Source: an uncultured virus (IMG/VR IMGVR_UViG_3300037010_001713)
Taxonomy: Duplodnaviria > Heunggongvirae > Uroviricota > Caudoviricetes
Strand: one strand, 5' to 3'
DNA: 20,000 nt
Virus record (IMG/VR): IMGVR_UViG_3300037010_001713
Shown here one piece after another: positions 17,186 through 20,000 of the stretch. The translations under genes were made by a program, and so were the position numbers. A model generated the notes under the pieces. It worked only from the letters and a program-made list of their open reading frames with translations. It made no database searches and had not been told where the DNA came from. Position 1 is the stretch's first letter. Each line of letters starts with the position of its first letter.

Positions 17186-17250
17186 CCGACGAGGGTCTTT
17201 GGGTGTATTCCTGGGAGGCCTTTAAATGAAATCACAAAGAGGAAAATGAA

Positions 17251-17424
17251 ATGAGTAGAAGCATTAATATAGTGTTTATCTTAATTCCGTTAACCGTAAT
17301 CATTGGTGCTATTATCATAGCGTTTATACATTTACCAGCTATATTCGTTAATGTTATGGTTGATATAGTGTCTGGTATTGCAGGTTTTGTTTTAGGTTAT
17401 TTATATAATAACAAAGTTAAGTAG
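17251..17424 (+). CDS. Small two-transmembrane-helix protein (57 aa), holin-like topology
   Basis: Not in the ORF track. MSRSINIVFILIPLTVIIGAIIIAFIHLPAIFVNVMVDIVSGIAGFVLGYLYNNKVK*; RBS AGAGGA at 17238-17243; a palindrome begins exactly at its TAG. Confidence 0.8.
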   Translation: MSRSINIVFILIPLTVIIGAIIIAFIHLPAIFVNVMVDIVSGIAGFVLGYLYNNKVK

Positions 17425-17453
17425 TTGGTTTTGTCATATGACAAAACCAACTA
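17422..17453. repeat. Perfect 32 bp palindrome starting at a stop codon; possible terminator or processing site
   Basis: TAGTTGGTTTTGTCAT|ATGACAAAACCAACTA, no spacer, centre CATATG. Confidence 0.9.
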
Positions 17454-17500
17454 TATAAACTATCGTTATTAGATCGTCTATTCATTGTTTACGATTCTCA

Positions 17501-17531
17501 TTTTTTTTCAATTACATAGTATATATGTAAT
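17501..17531 (+). promoter_or_regulatory. Candidate phage early promoter/operator, copy 3
   Basis: T8 tract then AATTACATAGTATATATGTAAT (17510-17531), starting 41 nt before ATG 17551. Confidence 0.65.
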
Positions 17532-17550
17532 AAAAACTAAGGAGTTGAAA

Positions 17551-17922
17551 ATGATTTTAAGTTATACAGATATCGGCCTAGTACATTTAGGACTACCAAA
17601 AAACCTATGTAGAAAAAATCTGAAACACCTTCAGAAGCACATAAAAGAGATCTGTGATGAAACAGATCTTACTTATGGAGAATTGGTTCCCATGATCTAC
17701 GGTTTAACGCCGTCGACAGGAAATAGGGAGTTATGCAAAGTAGGGTACCTAACGGCGATAGCTGAAAGGTATAATGGTTTAATTCCAGAGGAGAAAATCA
17801 AAGAACTCCTCCCGTTGGTTCCAGAGGGATTAATAGTCCCGGCTGGGAAATATAACTCTATAAAAAATCTAGGGTATAAAGAGTACTTTAGAAATCTCGT
17901 AGAGAAATTATTTAATTTATAA
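17551..17922 (+). CDS. Hypothetical protein (123 aa)
   Basis: ATG 17551 with AAGGAGT RBS at 17539-17545; the ORF-track start at 17485 runs through the promoter-like motif. Confidence 0.8.
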   Translation: MILSYTDIGLVHLGLPKNLCRKNLKHLQKHIKEICDETDLTYGELVPMIYGLTPSTGNRELCKVGYLTAIAERYNGLIPEEKIKELLPLVPEGLIVPAGKYNSIKNLGYKEYFRNLVEKLFNL

Positions 17923-17943
17923 GGGAGAATTAAGTACATCATT

Positions 17944-18069
17944 ATGTACAGTGTTAACGAAAGAGAGACCGCTGTGGGGTTGTTCAAAAGCCAGGAAGAG
18001 GCTCAGACCTTTCTCGATAACGACCCTAATAGAACTATTATTAAGGTCGAGACAAAAACGGCCTGGTAG
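17944..18069 (+). CDS. Small hypothetical protein (41 aa)
   Basis: MYSVNERETAVGLFKSQEEAQTFLDNDPNRTIIKVETKTAW*; fills the gap up to the hairpin at 18082; GGGAG lies rather far (16 nt) upstream. Confidence 0.55.
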   Translation: MYSVNERETAVGLFKSQEEAQTFLDNDPNRTIIKVETKTAW

Positions 18070-18081
18070 TAAACCCAAATA

Positions 18082-18114
18082 ACAACATAACTAGTACATG
18101 ACTAGTTATGTTGT
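18082..18114. terminator. Hairpin between convergent genes, probable bidirectional terminator
   Basis: ACAACATAACTAGT (18082-18095) ACATG ACTAGTTATGTTGT (18101-18114), between stops at 18069 (+) and 18132 (-). Confidence 0.75.
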
Positions 18115-18131
18115 GGTATAGAGGCTTTTAG

Positions 18132-19856
18132 TTATTTTTTTTTTAGTATATCATTTTCATACATATCGAATAGTTCACACACTGTTGGTGTATTATAGAG
18201 ATTGGTTGTATATTCTAGATTATTCACAACACCGTTAAACATATTTAAATTCTCCTTTTTGAATGTATCAATATCGACACCCTCGACATCCAGAACTTCG
18301 GTTAATGTCGTAGCTCTAGAGATATTACACACTATAGCATTACTAGGATACGCCGAGACTTGATCTAGGTCAAATACAAAAGCTCTTGTGTTTGACGTCA
18401 TACGGGCGTCGTCTTCCCCGAAGAAATGAGTGGTCAGCTTAGTGTTTATATTCGACGGTAGTAGTTGCATGATCCACCCAGAACCACCCAGTGTTTCATT
18501 AGGCGGCATATTCGTAGGTTTACAGCCAAACACAAAACCTAGACTCAGATATAGTTCATGCATACTATCTACGATCTTCTTTGGATTAGAAGCAAAATTG
18601 GTTAAAGTAGAATTCCGAACAGAAAGATATGTATATGAAGATAAATCGCCAGTAACTAGATCTATTAGGTTCATCGGTAATGTGTCCCATTCATTGTACA
18701 CAGAGTATTCACATGGATGCTCTTTCAGCATAAATTTATGCCAGTCAGCTCTTACCAAATTGGTTTTAATAGTGTCCACGAACTTCATCTTACCAGCATC
18801 TTCTCCCAGTGTGAGTTTAAGAATACTATCTAACGAATAACCCGTTGGAATTGATTTACTGCCCATTCTCCTATAATAGTGTACTGTGGCTTGGTCTATT
18901 ATAAAAAAATACGAAGTACAGATAACCATATTCCAAATCTCTTGGAAACTCTTTGGTTTAGTCCCACCAGAAGCTGTTACTTTCATTACTGATCCAGGTT
19001 TATATTCAAAATATCTATGTTTTTTATCCAGACTGGGATCACAGAAAACATCAGTATACTCCAGATTATTTCTATCGCATCCTTTGATTATATTTGGTAG
19101 ATCATAGCCTATGTTCCATATAGCTAAGAAATCACATCTAAGACTATGGGCATATTCGAACGTTTTCAATATTAGTTCGCGCTCATCCCTAACAGCTACG
19201 TGTGTATGGGTTAATTCTATATTCTTCTCAGCTGTCGGGATCTTCTTTATTATGTTATTATATAGATCAAGGTATTTCGGTTTAATGTGTTCAGCGAACA
19301 AACTACCCAATGTTTCTTCGTGATTGAAAGTATTATCCATAATGTCCACAACATAAAATAATCTCACACTCGTTAGCGTCGATACTGAGATGATAACAGA
19401 TGGGCTTCCCTCTTTCGTAATATCAGATTCAATATCTAACGTAGCTATTGTAGCTGGCGTAGATAGATCAGGCCATAGTTTCAAATAGGAGTTTTTTATA
19501 TGTACTTCACTACTAACATCAATACCATATAGATACGGAGAATTTCTCACTGTGCGTAAATTTGTTTGTTTTTTAGACATACCTAATTTTATACCTATAT
19601 TCATTGGTAGGTCGCTAACGGTAGAGACATATTTAATCAATCGATCTGTATTCTCATACTCTTTTTTATCCCTGTGGTTTCTAAAAGATTTCTTAGTTAT
19701 CCAAAACGGTACTGAATAATTTTCTAGTATTCTTAGGTTGGGTTTTTTAGTACCATCTTCATAATGTATAATCTCCCTAACTATGTGTGTATCTGGTCTC
19801 TCATCGTTTTTCTTTAGGTGTACTACGAATCGGCACTCTCTTCCTATCACTTCCAT
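18132..19856 (-). CDS. Split family-B DNA polymerase, exonuclease-containing part (phiKZ gp82-like)
   Basis: 574 aa from ATG 19856 (AAGGAG RBS at 19863-19868, minus strand). ExoI TLDIESD, ExoII AIWNIGYDLP, ExoIII YNEWD, PolB motif A DLDQVSAYPS; ends about 70 aa later without motif B (KxxxNSxYG) or C (DTD). Confidence 0.88.
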   Translation of the reverse strand: MEVIGRECRFVVHLKKNDERPDTHIVREIIHYEDGTKKPNLRILENYSVPFWITKKSFRNHRDKKEYENTDRLIKYVSTVSDLPMNIGIKLGMSKKQTNLRTVRNSPYLYGIDVSSEVHIKNSYLKLWPDLSTPATIATLDIESDITKEGSPSVIISVSTLTSVRLFYVVDIMDNTFNHEETLGSLFAEHIKPKYLDLYNNIIKKIPTAEKNIELTHTHVAVRDERELILKTFEYAHSLRCDFLAIWNIGYDLPNIIKGCDRNNLEYTDVFCDPSLDKKHRYFEYKPGSVMKVTASGGTKPKSFQEIWNMVICTSYFFIIDQATVHYYRRMGSKSIPTGYSLDSILKLTLGEDAGKMKFVDTIKTNLVRADWHKFMLKEHPCEYSVYNEWDTLPMNLIDLVTGDLSSYTYLSVRNSTLTNFASNPKKIVDSMHELYLSLGFVFGCKPTNMPPNETLGGSGWIMQLLPSNINTKLTTHFFGEDDARMTSNTRAFVFDLDQVSAYPSNAIVCNISRATTLTEVLDVEGVDIDTFKKENLNMFNGVVNNLEYTTNLYNTPTVCELFDMYENDILKKK

Positions 19857-19893
19857 AATCGACTCCTTTATATTCAGTAATCTATACCTCGAA

Positions 19894-19935
19894 GAAAAAA
19901 ATAACCAACTAGGATGAGAATTCATCCTAGTTGGT
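19894..19935 (-). terminator. Intrinsic terminator-like hairpin on the minus strand
   Basis: ACCAACTAGGATGA (19904-19917) GAAT TCATCCTAGTTGGT (19922-19935); on the minus strand it follows a TAG stop by 4 nt and precedes a T8 tract. Confidence 0.85.
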
Positions 19936-19939
19936 GTAC

Positions 19940-19999
19940 CTATTCGTCGTCACTCAGTTTAGCCGCAACACTGTGGCGGTGTTTCTTACCATCTCTATC
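19940..19999 (-). CDS. 3' end of a minus-strand gene (partial, ...DRDGKKHRHSVAAKLSDDE*)
   Basis: Frame is open from the window edge to TAG at 19942-19940, immediately before the terminator hairpin. Confidence 0.55.
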   Translation of the reverse strand, partial: DRDGKKHRHSVAAKLSDDE

Positions 20000-20000
20000 A

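Noticed and set aside
1..20000. Stop-codon reassignment (alternative genetic code)
   Set aside because: Coding density is high under the standard code, and TAG, TGA and TAA all end genes next to hairpins or downstream RBSs.
1..20000. Apparent abundance of CTAG and AGCT tetramers
   Set aside because: Visual impression only; it may follow from CTA and GCT codon preference and needs an observed/expected count.

Overview
AT-rich, densely coding 20 kb segment that reads as part of a jumbo bacteriophage of the phiKZ-like group (multisubunit-RNAP phages: Chimalliviridae or relatives). All family calls come from motifs and recalled similarity; no search was run. Recognisable genes are a full-length RecJ-type DHH exonuclease (91-1884), a ~1,900 aa tail/tape-measure-like protein with a C-terminal lytic transglycosylase (phiKZ gp181-like), the N-terminal piece of a split RNA polymerase beta subunit (phiKZ gp123-like), and, on the minus strand, one piece of a split family-B DNA polymerase (phiKZ gp82-like). 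The rest are phiKZ-like or orphan hypotheticals, plus two small ORFs missed by the ORF track, one a two-helix membrane protein. The non-coding DNA is highly structured: seven perfect 14-19 bp inverted repeats at gene ends (two are spacer-less palindromes centred on CATATG, two form a near-identical family with a compensatory base change), and a T-tract + AATTAYATAGTWT motif 39-42 nt upstream of three orphan genes, a candidate phage early promoter. No rRNA, tRNA, CRISPR array or IS element was seen.
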